From positions 84,396,239 through 84,460,238 of the forward strand of contig NC_057719.1 of the NCBI RefSeq assembly GCF_004010195.1: a stretch of 64,000 nucleotides of DNA. Direction: 5' to 3'. The DNA is from Chiloscyllium plagiosum. Its lineage: Eukaryota. Positions 40,027 through 53,419 of this stretch are shown one piece after another (the stretch's first letter is position 1; each line of letters begins with the position of its first letter). Made by a program: the position numbers and the translations under genes. The notes under the pieces were generated by a model, which did no database searches, was not told where the DNA came from, and saw nothing but the letters and a program-made list of their open reading frames with translations.

Positions 40027-41474
40027 CTCACCACTCCCCATAGAATATCCAGTCTCAAGCTACCCTGGAGATAGCAATAGCAAGAATGAGGATTTCAGTT
40101 GCAGATGTTCTGAGTGATGACACATAGATGGAAATAAGTAATCTTAGAAATGACACAAATATGAGGTCGGAATCTCACTGCAGGATTGAAGGTAACATCA
40201 ACTTTGCAAACACACTGGCTTAATATCAGACAGTTACCAACAGAGTTTGGAGTAGAGACCAAAAACAACAATTTCAGTCATCCCAATACTCAAATGGAGG
40301 AAATTTCTTCACATCCAGGTTGGATATTGAATAAGCAATATATGATGCTCCAGTTGAGAGTGGTGATGGGTGAGATAAGAGGTGAATGCCACCAGTGTGT
40401 AAAGGGTGCAAACAAGGACACCAGCACAAAATACCTCTTTAAAAAAAGTATTTCCAAAAGTGCAGTTAAGTAACTGTACTGCTAAATTTGACACTGAGCC
40501 ATATCAACACAAGTCCAAAGCCCGGAAGACCAGGCCTTTGTTAAGCTAACCAACACATAGTCGCAGCAGTGTGCAATATTTAGATGACACATGCAGAAAC
40601 TGGGCAAGTTTCCTCCAACAGCATCTTCCATACCCATGACTTTATCATCTACAAACCCTAATTCTCAGCCTAACCCTATGAATATTACCACCAACACTGT
40701 TGGGTTTTTCCACCAATACACCATCCTGCTATTCACTGCTGATTGCTAATCAAAACCTAACAGCACTGTATCTACATCAAATAGACTTCAGCAGTTCAAG
40801 AAGACCACTCTCCCAGAGCAATTACAATGGGTGATAAATGTTGACCTTGCTAGCAATGCTCAAGTCCCATGAATGAATGCTTAAAAAAAAAATCAGCAAG
40901 AGCAGCAGTTATAGAGTCATACAATTGTATAGTAAGCAAACAGATCATTCAATCCAACTCATCCATGCCAACCACATAGCATAAATTAAACTGCTCCCAG
41001 TTGCCAGCGTTTGAACCACAGCAGTTGTCCCAGTGTAGGTGTTTGTTTTGCACTGCTGTTCACTATCCAGCAGCCTTTCCTGGAAATACATAGAGTTACC
41101 TAGAAATCAACAGTCACAGATGTACACAACAGAAACAGACCCTTCGGTCCAACTTGTACATGCCGACCAAATATCCTAAATTAATCTAGTCCCATTTGCC
41201 AGCATTTAGCCCATATCATTCTAAACCCTTCCTATTCATATACCCATCCAGATGCTTTTTAAATGTTGTAGTTGTACTAGCCTCCAGCACATCCTCTGGC
41301 AGCTCATTCCATACACGCACCACCCTCTGTGTGAAAAAGCTGCCCCTTAGGTCACTTTTATATCTTTCCCCTCTCACCCGAAACCTATGCCCTCTAGTTC
41401 TGGATTCTCCCACCCTAGGGAAAAGACCTTGTCTATTTGCCCTAGCCAGGCACCTCATGATTTTAAAAACCTCT

Positions 41475-43913
41475 GTTGTGGTTCTGTTCGCCGAGCTGGG
41501 AATTTGTGTTGCAGACGTATTGTCCCCCGTCCAGGTGACATCCTCAGTGCTTGGGAGCCTCCTGTGAAGCGCTTCTGTGATGTTTCCTCCGGCATTTATA
41601 GTGATTTGTCTCTGCCGCTTCCAGTTGTCAGTTCCAGCTGTCCGTTGCAGTGGCCAGTATATTGGGTCCAGGTCGATGTGCTTATTGATTGAATCTGTGG
41701 ATGAGTGCCATGCCTCTAGGAATTCCCTGGCTGTTCTCTGTTTGGCTTGTCCTATAATAGTAGTGTTGTCCCAGTCGAACTCATGTTGCTTGTCACCTGA
41801 GTGTGTGGCTACTAAGGATAGCTGGTTGTGTCGTTTCGTGGCTAGTTGGTGTTCATGGATGCGGATCATTAGCTGTCTTCCTGTTTGTCCTATGTAGTGT
41901 TTTGCGCAGTCTTTGCATGGAATTTTGTACACTACATTGGTTTTGCTCATGTTGGGTATCGGGTCCTTCGTCCTGGTGAGTTGTTGTCTCAGAGTGGCTG
42001 TTGGTTTGTGTGCTATTATGAGTCCTAGTGGTCGCAGTAGTCTGGCTGTCAGTTCGGAAATGCTCTTGATGTATGGTAGTGTGGCTAGTCCTTTGGGTTG
42101 TGGCATGTCCTTGTTCCGTTGTCTTTCCCTTAGGCATCTGTTGAATAAATTGCGCGGGTATCCGTTTTTGGCGAATACATTGTAAGGACTGCACAAAACA
42201 CTACATAGAACGTACAGGAAGACAGCTAACGATCCGCACCCATGAANNNNNNNNNNNNNNNNNNNNNNNGTCTCGGAATGGGAGTTGGTTGTCCTTTTCT
42301 TCCTCTCCAGTGAATCGGATTCCTGTGAGTGTGGCGTTGATGATCCGGTGTGTGTTCTCTATTTCTGTGTTTTTAATGATTACAAAGGTGTCATCCACAT
42401 ATCTGACCCAGAGTTTGGGTTGAATTTGCGGTAAGACTGTTTATTCTAATCTTTGCATTACTGCTTCTGCTATGAGTCCAGAGATGGGTGAGCACATGGG
42501 TGTGCTGTTGATTTGTTCATATATTTGGTTGTTGAATGTGAAGTGTGTTGTGAGGCACAGGTCCAGTAGTTTGAGTATGCCGTCTTTGTTGATAGGTTCA
42601 ATGTCCTGTTGTCTGTTCTGTATGTCCAGCAGGTTGGCTATTGTTTTTCTGGCTAGGGTTTTGTTGATAGAGGTGAACAGTGCCGTTACATCGAATGAGA
42701 CCATAGTTTCTTTCTTGTCTATGTGTATATTTCTGATGATGTCCAAGAATTCCTGTGTTGATTGTATAGAGTGTCTGGATCTGCTGATCAGGTGTTTCAG
42801 TTTCTGCTGTAGTTCTTTAGCCAGTTTGGGTGATGGTGTCCCTGGTAGTGATACTATGGGTCTGAGTGGGATGTCTGGTTTGTGCACTTTAGGTAGTCCA
42901 TAGAATCTGGGGGTGTTGTTGCTTTCAGGTTTCATTTTTTTATAGGTCAAACCTTGTTATCTGTCCACCTTTTTGTAAGTTCCTCAGTGTGTTGTTTATC
43001 CTTTTGGTGAGCTGTGGGGTGGGGTCAAACTCCCTCTTTTGGTAGGTGTTGGTATCTGCAAGTAGTTGTTGCGCTTTTTGGATGTAGTCTGCTTTGTCCA
43101 GGATGACCGTTGTCTTTCCCTTAGGCATCTGTTGATGAAATTGCGCGGGTATCCGTTTTTGTCTGCTGGTAGTTTGCTGGTAGTATGATTATGTTCTTAT
43201 CGTTTCTTAGTGATTTTCGTGCTTCCCTCTCCTTGGCGTTGAGGTTATGTGTTTGTCTCTTCCTTGTTATCAGAGGTATGATACTTTGTCTCAGTGTTTG
43301 TTGTGTCTCTTCTGTCAGTCCATTGTTCCTGAGTGTGCATTCTAGTGCTGCTAGGACGTCTGATGTCTTGGCGCCCCTGTGGTTGTAGTTGAGTCCCTTG
43401 GCCAGGATTGTTCTTTCCGTGTCTGTGAGCTGACTGTTGGAGAGGTTTCTAACCCAGGTGTGTGTTGTGGTGTCCTCTCTGTTGTGTGTTAGTTTGGCCA
43501 TTTTTTCTTTTAGTGCCGTTTTTTTGCGGTGTGTGGTCCTGTTCTGTCCTATAGTGACGGCCTGTTCTATGGTCCGGGTCCATTCCTGATTGGTCCACCA
43601 AGGACAGGCCAAACAGAGAACAGCCAGGGAATTCCTAGAGACATGGCATTCATCCACAGATTCAATCAATAAGCACATCGACCTGCACCCAATATACCGG
43701 CCACTGCAGCGGACAGCTGGAACTGACAACCGGAAGTGGCAGATACAAATCACTATAAATGCCGGAGGAAACATCACAGAAGCGCTTCACAGGAGGCTCC
43801 CAAGCTCTGAGGATGTCACCTAGACAGGGGACGAAACATCTGCAACACAAATTCCCAGCTCGGTGAACAGGACCACAACAACGAGCACCCGAGCTACAAA
43901 TCTTCTCACAATC
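41475..43913 (-). mobile_element. Penelope/Poseidon-type retroelement (family C): RT plus GIY-YIG endonuclease, with inverted 5' pLTR
   Basis: PRFYGLPKVHKPDIPLRPIVS, SFDVTALFTSI, (YV)DDTFVI, NVVYKIPCKDCAKHYIGQTGR; 43600-43880(+) is an inverted copy of 41475-41752; near-TSD tttaaaaacc(t/c)ct at 41462-41474 and 43914-43926; ORF broken by frameshifts. Confidence 0.92.
43804..43843 (+). ncRNA. Minimal hammerhead ribozyme motif (family C)
   Basis: CUGAGGA-uGUCacc uagaca gggGAC-GAAA-CA-UC; its inverted partner at 41514-41547(-) has GAAA mutated to AAUA. Confidence 0.65.
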
Positions 43914-45914
43914 TTTAAAAACCCCTATTAGGTCACCCTTCAGCCTGACACTCCAGGGAAAACAGTCCCAGCTTATTCAGCCTCTCCCAACAGCTCAAAC
44001 CCTCCAACCATGACAACATCCTTGTCAATCTTTTCTTAACCCTTTCACAACATCTTTCCGATAGGAAGGAGACAAGAATTGCACACAGTATTCCAAAAAT
44101 GGCCTAACCAATGTGCTGTACAGCCACAACATGACCTCCCAACTCCTGTACTCAATACTCTGACCAATAAAGGAAAGCATACCAAATGCCTTCTTCACTA
44201 TCCTATCTACCTAGGACTCCACTTTCAAGGAATTATGAACTGCACTCCAAGCTCTCTTTATTCAGCAACACTCCCTAGCACCTTATTATTAAGTATATAA
44301 GTCCTCCCTGATTTGCCTTTCCAAAATGCAGCACCTCACATTTATCTAAATTAAACTCCATCTGCCACTCCTTGGCTAATTAGCCCATCTGATCAAGATC
44401 CCATTGTACTCAGAGGTTACCTTCTTCGCTGTCCACTGCACCTCCAATTTTAGTGACATCTGCAAACTTACTAACTGTACTTCTTATACTCACATCCAAA
44501 TCATTTATATAAATGACGAAAAGCAGTGGACCCAGCACCGATCCTGGTGACACACCATTGGTCACAGGCCTCCAGTCTGAAAGGCAACCCTCCACCACCA
44601 CTCTCTGTCTCCTACGTTCAAGTCAGTTCTGTATCCAAATGGCTAGTTCTCCCTGTATTCCACAAGATCAAACCTTGTTAAACAGTCTCCCATGAGGAAC
44701 ATTGTCGAACGCCTTACTGAAGTCCATATAGATCACGACCACCACTCTGCCCTCATCAACTTTCTTCGTTACTTCTTCAAAAAACTCAATCAAGTTAATG
44801 AGGCATGATTTCCCATGCAGACATGGACAAACTTGCAATGAGGATCTCCATAATTTTAACAGCCTGTCAAAGTACTGTGCCAATGATAAAAGAAAATGCT
44901 GAAGAAACTCAAATTGATCTGGCAGCATTTGTGGCAAGAAAAGTAGTTTTAACATTTTGAATCTTTTAATAACTGCAAGGAGCTGAAAACATTGCAGTAT
45001 TTTATACAGTTGACAGAGGAAGAGTGAGTGATGAGGGTGCCCAGAGAAAAAGACAAAGGAAAACTAAAGGTGATTCCCCCTCTAAAACTTGTCTATTCAT
45101 AAACCCCCAAATCCACATAGACCACTTGTATCTCCATCGCAAATTCCACAAACAGGACCGCTCTGGCAGACCCATCACTTCAGCCAGTTCCTGCCCCAAT
45201 TAACCTATTTATTGATATCCTGAGTGTATCTTTCTCCTCCTGTCTCAGCTCTTCTAATTTATGTCCATGATTCTTCCAATGCTTTACTTTAGTTCCACAA
45301 TTTCTAGTTTCCTGACCCTAGCTGTCACCTCTTCACCACGAATGTGCAACCCCTCTACACATCCACCCACCATCAAAACAGTCAGAAGGCTCTCCATTTC
45401 TTCCTTGAAACAAAGCCTGAACAGTCCCCATCCTTCGCCAGATTGAGCTCATTCTCACATTCGATAACTTCTCCTTTAACTCATTTCACTTTCTCCAAAT
45501 CAAAGATGTGGCCATGGGTAGCCACATATATCACAGCTACAGAATTGGAAAAATTCATCACTTGTACTTATCATTTCCATCCTTCTTTCCTATTCATCTA
45601 GTACGCCTCTGACCCTTGCTTGTGGTTTCCATTCCTGGGGATAGGCTATCGACCAATATCCAATATAAACCCAATGACTCCCAGTTAACTAAGCCCCCAG
45701 GTGTGACCAATTCATTTCCTACATTTCCATTCTCACCCCTTCCTCACCCAGAACAATGATAGGATTCCCCATGTCCTCACTTTCCACCTCACCAATCTCC
45801 ACAACTTCCACCACATCCAGCAGGATATATTTCACTCCCCTCCAGTGTCAGCATTCCACAGGGACCATGGGTTCCATGCCCTTCACCTCCTCCAAGATTT
45901 TCATTTCCCCAGCC

Positions 45915-47727
45915 CCCCTACACCGTACCATCACCATGGACATCCAGTCCCTGTACACATTGATCCACCATGACGAAAGCTTCCAAGCCCTCTGTTTCTT
46001 CCTCTCATGCCATCCCAAAAAAGTTCCCTTCCACCGACACCCTTATCCGCCTGGCTGAACTGGTCCTCACCCCCAACAACTTCTCCTTCCAATCCTCCCA
46101 CTTCCTTCAAACCATGGGCACCTGCATGGGACCCAGCTACACCTGCTTCTTTGTTGGGTACGTGGAACAGTCCATCTTCTTCAGTTATATCAGCACCACT
46201 ACATCGATGATTGTATCAGCACCACCCCGTGCTTCCACGAGGAGGTTGAACACATCATCAACTTTCCCAACACATTCCACCCAGACCTCAAATTCACCCG
46301 CATCATCTCAGCCACCTCCCTCCCCTTCCTGGACCTCTCCATCACCATCTCCAGCAACTAACTATGGACATCTACAAGCCCACCGACTCCCACAGCTACC
46401 TAGACCACACCTCCTCCCACCCTACCTTCTGTAAAAATGCCATCCCTTATTCCCAATTCCTCCACCTCCGCCATATCTGTTCCCAGGATGACCAAGATTT
46501 GGAGACATTGGTGTTGGACTGGGGTGTACAAAGTTAAAAATCACACAACACCAGGTTATAGTCCAACAGGTTTATTTGGAAGCACTTGCGTGTGATTTTT
46601 AACAGGATGACCAATTTTACCTGAGAAAATCCCAGATGGCGTCCTTCTTCCAAGATCACAACTTCGTTTCCCTTGTGGTTGATGAGACCCTCCAGCGCAT
46701 CTCCTCCACTTCCCACACCACTGCCCTTGAACCCCACCCCTCCCAATGCTAAAAGGACAGAACCACCCTCCCATCCCCTGGTCCTCACCTTCCGCCCCAA
46801 AAACCTCCATATACATCATATTATCCTCCGCCACTACTGCCACCTCCAACCGGACCCCACCAACAGAGATATACATTTCCCTCCCCACTCCTATCAGCAT
46901 TCTGGAGAGACCATTCCCTCCGCAACTTCGTCAGGTCCACGCCCCCCACCAGCCTACACCCCACTCTTGGCACCTTCCCCTGCCACTACAGGAATTGCAA
47001 AACCTGCGCTGACACCTCTCTCCCCCTCACCTCTGTCCAAGGCCCCAAAGCATCCTTCCACATCCGACAAAAATTTACCTGTACCTCTACCAATGTCATC
47101 TACTGTATCCGTTGCACCCGATGTGGTCTCCTCTACATTGGAGTGGACGGGACACCTACTTGCGGATCATTTCAGAGAACATCTCAGGGACACCCGCACC
47201 CACCAACCCCATCACCCAGAGGTTGAACAATTCAACTCCTCCTCCCACTCTGTCAAGGACATGCAGGTCCTGGGTCTCCTCCACCGCCAAACCGTTACCA
47301 CCCAACACCTGGTGGAGGAACGCCTCACATTCTGCCTTGGGACCCTGCAACCACACGGGATGAATGTGGATTTCAACAGTCTCTTCATTTCCCCTACACC
47401 CACATTATCCCAGTCTCAAGCCTCCAACTCGGCACCACCCTCCTGATGTGTCCATCACCTTTCCCATCTATCTGCTCCATCCCCACCCGACCCAACCCCA
47501 TCACCTTCTCCCTCACTTTCATCTACCTATCACTTTCTCAGCTACCTTCCCAACCCCAACTCCTCCCATTTATCTCTCAGTCCCCCAGCCCACAAGCCTC
47601 ATTCCTGATGAAGGGCTTATGCCCGAAGTGTCGATTTTCCTACTCCTCGGATGCTGCCTGACCTGCTGTGCTTTTCCAGCACCACACTCTTGACTCTGAT
47701 CTCCAGCATCTGCAGTCCTCACTTTCT
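45915..47727 (+). mobile_element. Penelope-like (Neptune-type, family A) element: decayed RT, Cys linker, GIY-YIG and 3' pLTR, nested in an older related copy (about 44880-48000)
   Basis: TMDIQSLYT, LAELVLTPNNFSF, GTCMGPSY; PCHYRNCKTC linker; NVIYCIRCTRCGLLYIG; pLTR with degenerate hammerhead at 47605-47632 (GAAG). Confidence 0.85.
46496..46602 (-). mobile_element. 107-bp family-B Penelope-derived end inserted in the family-A element, 12-bp TSD
   Basis: caggatgaccaa at 46484-46495 and 46603-46614. Confidence 0.8.
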
Positions 47728-48076
47728 GTATGTGTTCAATGATAACCTTGTCCAATTCTCCATCACTCCCAACACTTCCACCTTCCCATGCAATTGCAGC
47801 GGTGTGACCCTTGCCCTTTCACTTCCTCCCTTTTCACAGTGCAAGGCCCCAAACACAACTTCCAGATGAAACAGCGATTTAATTGTACTGTTTGCAATCT
47901 ATCCTGTGTTTTCACTGCTCATAAATGTTGTCTCCTTTACAGTGGTGAGATTGAATGCGGACTGAGTGACCACTTTGCAGAATACCTCCACTCTGTGATG
48001 GAAACCCTTTAAAACTGTGTTCTTTTAGAAATCCATATTTTGAACTTTCTATGTCGCAAGAGACCGCAATTAACTG

Positions 48077-48914
48077 TGTTACAGTAGTAACAAGCCTCCT
48101 ACAAGCATACGAATTATTAGGCCCTTCACTACCCTATTATGAATGTGGTGTTTTGGAAAGTAAGAGGTTTTATCCTGAGAAGGAATGAAAACTAACCTTT
48201 ACATGAAGATAGGTAAAGGATATAGCAGTCACTCTTCTGTCATGAGTAATTTCCTGTGGTCAATGGCCAAGAGGGGTTAGCAATCTCTTGTCACAAAGGC
48301 TAGTCCCTTTTTTATTTCCTAAAAGCTGTTCCTTGGCTCAAGGAGACTCTGTCCTTGATTTATTTCAGAAGGGTAATAAACTGGGCTGGGCTCCAATCTG
48401 TCTGGTTTGGTACAGAGATGAAAAGGATTTTGAGAGGCCTTTTGTTTATATGTAAACAGATGAGACTTCAGACCAAAGTGGTCATGTTTTAGAAGTGACC
48501 TGTATAATGAAAGGGGAGTGGTCAGTGGTTAGCTGAACAGTTTTAGTTCAGTCCTGAACTGGTGAAAAGTTCAACAGAGAGCTGTGTGCAGACTCTCTCT
48601 TTGCCCTTCAACTTCAACCTGTAAGCATCTGTTCCATTTATACTGGTTTTAAAAAGAAGTTTGCTTATTGGGACTGTTGTGTATATTCGGAACAGCATAA
48701 TTAAGTCCAGTTGGATAGGTTGAGTTCTGCAGGGGTTCTTTATTCTGCTCTTTGTGTCTCGTTGTGTAATTGTGTGAATACATTTTTGTCTGTTTTAAAA
48801 TCTAGTAGTCAACCTGGGTAATTTTCACTGTACACTTACTGAAACAAATTGCAACGTTATGGTCTGAACTGCCGACTTAAGAATGTTTTGAGTGGTCTGG
48901 CTTAGTCCATAACA
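48077..48914 (+). mobile_element. Possible solo LTR
   Basis: TGTTA...TAACA inverted termini, about 840 bp, AATACA poly(A)-like signal about 135 bp from the end; no convincing TSD. Confidence 0.4.
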
Positions 48915-49102
48915 CTGTGCTGTGTCAAAAATAAAGATACATCAATAGATAATGTAGGAAGAGAGAGAGGGTAACAAGCTACACCTTCTTGGTAGAAGAC
49001 TATGACTTCCACAACATCAGCCAAAGAGAAAAACAAAAACTGAAACCAACAAAGACTGCACAACATCAGGAACACTTTACCCTTGCTCCTCCATTCCACA
49101 TA

Positions 49103-49931
49103 ATTAAAAATCACATAACGCCAGAATGTAGTCCAACAGGTTTATTTCTTGTCCCAATCCTGCTCCTTCACCACCCAAGGTGACCCCACTACACGATACA
49201 CTCTCCCCAACGCCCTCCCCCAACACACACACAACTTACATACTCACACACTCACGCAGACCCTCTCTCATACACACACTCTCTCTCATTCATTCATACA
49301 CATGCACACACACCCCGCCCTACACTTACCCTCTCACAGGCTTACACTCCATCACATTCACACACACACACTTTACCAAGCATGCACACACGCTAACACA
49401 CACACTCTCTCACACACTATCTTTCTCTCTCATGCATTCGCGTACACATCTAAGTCTATGGGGTGAGTTTGTATTCACAGAATTATATTTGCAGATATAT
49501 TCTATTTTGTTCAAAAAGCGCACAATCTGCAGATAGTCAATGCAGGCAGTCAATCCATGTAATATTTTATAAATTCCACTTTGGAAACAGATGTCCCCCT
49601 TTCTTATAAATAAAACATTAAGTTATCTCCAAAATGTGACTTGAAAGAAGTTCTGGGATTTACATATTAATAAATCAAAACCTGCAACCTATTGTAAATG
49701 ATGAAAGACTTAACAGCAATCTAGGTTTGTTCAATATATCATTTCAGTTGCATGACTCTGTACTCTTTTGCGATAAATTCTGTATCTTATGGTCCTGCTC
49801 CGCTGCTACCTGGTAAAGGAGCGGTGACCTGAAAGCTAATGCTTCCAAATAAACCTGTTGGACTATAACCTGGCGTTGTGTGATTTTTAACTTTGTTCCA
49901 CCTCAGTCCAACACCAGCTCCTCCACATCAT
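49103..49931 (+). mobile_element. Family-B Penelope-derived element with short inverted 5' end, CA-rich interior and degenerate hammerhead at about 49810-49838
   Basis: 49103-49147 is the reverse complement of about 49847-49890; 3' tail cagtccaacaccagctcctccacatca. Confidence 0.7.
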
Positions 49932-51406
49932 TCCACAGAATGGCTTTGGGATCAGTAAAGCACAAAAACCAGGAGTAGTAGGCCATTCAAGCCTGCTTTG
50001 CTGATCAGTATGATCACACCTTGGTCCAAACCTGAACAAAAGAACTGAATGAGAGTGACTACCCTTGACATTAAAATTTTCCGAATGAGATCAAATCTAG
50101 CATAAAGGAAGATGGCTGTGATTGTTGGAGGCCAAGCATTTTAACCCCAGATGTCCTAACTCAGACATCTTCAGCTACTTCATCAATGATCTATTGTTTT
50201 TCATAAGATCAGAACTGGGGATAATTAAGGCTTATGCAGTGTTCATCTCCATTTGCAACCCCTCAAATAATGAAGCACTCCATTACCAAGATTAGACAAT
50301 ATGCATTCTTGGACTGATAACCAATAATCACGCTACACGTCAACCAATGACAATCACCAGCAAGAAAGAGAATAGCCATCTCCAAATGTCATTCAGCCAA
50401 ACTCAACATTAACATCATTTAAGGATAACTACTCACTTGCTGTACTGAATCTGTCATCCGAGTTTCTTGGCTACAGCGTCGGTCAAAGGCTGGGTATTCC
50501 TCAGTGAGTGGCTCACCTACTGACCCTAAGAATCTATCTCTAGGTACAGGTCAGGTGTATGACACAATACTCTCCAAATGTCTGAATGAATCCATGTCCT
50601 ACAATATACAAGAAGCTTGATACCATTCAAGACAAAGTTTGCCTGAACAGCAGTTCAGTCATCACCTTAAACAAAAGCATACAATATTTTCTGCTGAATC
50701 TGCAGCATTCAACAGCATTTCCTAAGCCCATGACTTAACACTTGCCAAATTATTTTCAAATGTGATGCCACATTAACACTGATTGATATCACCGGAGTTC
50801 AACAAACACAAAATAATATTAAAGCAGTATAGCAACAGTTATAATTATTCATTCTTATAGCATGGATCAACATCATCATCACATAAATAAGCAAATCTGT
50901 TTTAAGTTCACAAATATTTTGTGTTTTAAAAGATTCAGTCAACGAATATTTTAAATATTCATTCCCCCTTCCAAATGCATGTAGTTCTCAGCACCTCTCT
51001 TTTCTCTCCTTCACATGTAGTAATCAGGCTCCTTCCCTCCTTCCCATTCAATGCACACATACCAACCCAGTCTCCATGACTCAGACAGAGAAAATTCCAC
51101 AGGCTAACAACCCACTGAGAGAAAAACTCATTCTCAATTCTATCTTAAATGGGAGACCACTTATCATTAAACTGGGTCCCACCTTGTCAAGTTCCCTCAG
51201 GATCTTGTACGTTTCAACATGAGCAACTTGCATTCTCCTCAGCTCCAATATGTACAGTCACAAACTGTCCAAACTTCCTTTACAGTACAAGTACTTCATC
51301 CAAGGAATAAGTTGAGGCTGTGCACTCCTTTCGTAAATAAGGAGACCAAACTCAGAACTGCCCTTTCCCACCTCTACCTTCAGCACATTGACAACCAAAT
51401 GTCCTA

Positions 51407-51746
51407 GGTGTACAAGATGATTAGGGGTTTAGATAGGGTCGACAGTGAGAATCTTTTTCCACGTATGGAGTCAGCTATTACAAGGGGGCATAGCTTTAAA
51501 TTAAGGGGGGGTAGGTATAGGACAGATGTTAGGGGTAGGTTCTTTACTCAGCGAGTCGTGAGTTCATGGAATGCCCTGCCAGTAGCAGTGGTGGACTCTC
51601 CCTCATTATGGGCATTTAAGCGGGCATTGGATAGGCATATGGAGGAAAGTGGGCTAGTGTAGGTTAGGTGGGCTTGGATCAGCGCAACATCGAGGGCCAA
51701 AGGGCCTGTACTGCGCTGTATTCTTCTATGTTCTATGTTCTATGTT
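51407..51746 (+). mobile_element. Young CR1 LINE 3' fragment
   Basis: ORF 51408..51662 [33 protein letters not shown]; (ttctatg)3 tail. Confidence 0.92.
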
Positions 51747-52222
51747 CATGACTGAAATTGTTTACTGAAGTTGGAGAAAGTTTTTGGGTCCACTGTCCAC
51801 CCCTTATTGTCTGCCCCCAACACCACAGAGTCCAAGGCCACCCCACCAAAATTCTCACTTAACAGTTGCCATTGCTGCCCAGAGGAGGGGTACGTCACAA
51901 CCATGAACAATACTCCTGTGATTCCAAAGTGGGTGACACAGTTTGGGAACCCCTAGCCTAGAAAGACAAAGACAGCAGGTGCAGGGAACACCAGCATCAC
52001 CGAATAATTCTCCATGTCACATACTATCCTGACTAGAACATATCACCATTTCTTCACGTTCATTAGGTCAAAATCCTAGAATCCTACCCCACAGCACTAT
52101 CAAAGTACCTTCACAACACGGACCACAATGACCCTCACCATCTCTCAAGAACGACTAAGAACAGGCAATAATGTTAATCATGACAAGCACTGCCCCATCA
52201 CAAAAATGAATCTGACACTTAC

Positions 52223-52316
52223 TTGCATGTTTATCAGCGAGGGCAATAAGACTGCTTGAAATGTCTCGTCTCCGATAGAAACAAACACACTTTGCTTCCA
52301 CATTGCCATTGACAGT
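52223..52316 (-). CDS. MTA1: MTA1-like exon (exon 3 equivalent), [34 protein letters not shown]
   Basis: 94 bp, tttcAG / GTaagt borders. Confidence 0.95.
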
Positions 52317-53419
52317 CTGAAACAGTAAACACAAAAGGCATTAAGGATAATGATATTACGCAAATGTTGCAGTGAAACAGCAAACAGGCATCACTTTGAA
52401 GTGGCATACACAAAGCAGAGGTCCCTTGACAAGAACCAACTGACCTGTTACCTCACTCGAGTGCCCAGTCTTCACAGGTAAGCTGGCAGTTGTGAGCTTG
52501 CCAATCAACCATAGTGATTGTACATTCTGTTCTCACCCAACAGAAGGAAATCCATGGGTAATAATCAAGAAAAGACACCCTGCCTCTTTCATTTTTTTTT
52601 GTCCTCACCTCAAGAATGATGGTGCTCATTTATTATTTTCACGAATCAAGTTGTTTTCAGCCCAATTAAAGTTAAATTAGGTCCTGAGTTTCAGTATCTT
52701 CAGTAACCACTACCTTTGTTGGTCATTGGTTATTGTTAGATTGCCTTGGTGGCACTTTTGTGCACATCTTTAAAGTTCTGCCAATAGATCTTCAAGGTTT
52801 TTTTTCTTGTCTTTCACTCAGAGAGGAATGTTGTTTGCAGACTTCTTGATGTCTCTGAGTACACTGCACTCACAAGTCTGGAACAAATTGCAGTGAGACA
52901 AATCGAAAGGCTGTTGTCAGCCAGTTTTTCCTCGACTCAGACTCCTGATGCCACTCTTTCCCATATGAGAAAAGACTTGGTGGTCCACCAATCAACTGCT
53001 GAATCAAATAATGGCACATTGTTCTGACAGACATCAAGTCATCGTTGTGAAAATCAAACCGTTAGTGTGAAATAACTCTCCATCCTGGTGTTTGAACTTC
53101 TCATTTACAGGATTTGTTTTTCTTGTCTATACATTTTTGATCGGTAATAATAATGAAATTTTAATTTTTTTGTCTATTTTATTCATAAATGAATATGTGC
53201 GCTTGGTCTTCTCAAAGGGTATTGCTTAAATTGCATAATAGCAAATTATTTATTGTTAGCAAAGTTATTCATTAATAGCAAAAACAGATTATTAAAGTTA
53301 TTTTCTTGCTAGTGACAAAATCTGGCTGAATCAACTTTGTTCTAAATAGCAATCCATGGAGTAAATTGAAGTAAAAAAATCTGCCATTTTCACTTCGTCT
53401 ATCCCATTCTGTTGCCAGG

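Larger units (their letters stand above)
41110..44820 (-). mobile_element. CR1 LINE (41110-41474 and 43914-44820) split by a Penelope insertion
   Basis: RT motifs SCLINLIEFFEEVT and [21 protein letters not shown] at 44400-44820; 3' end at 41110-41474. Confidence 0.88.

Noticed and set aside
46673..47446. 257-aa ORF as a host gene
   Set aside because: Frame-shifting mosaic of a decayed Penelope ORF.
49149..49536. His/Thr-rich ORFs
   Set aside because: Low-complexity CA-rich tract within a repeat element.
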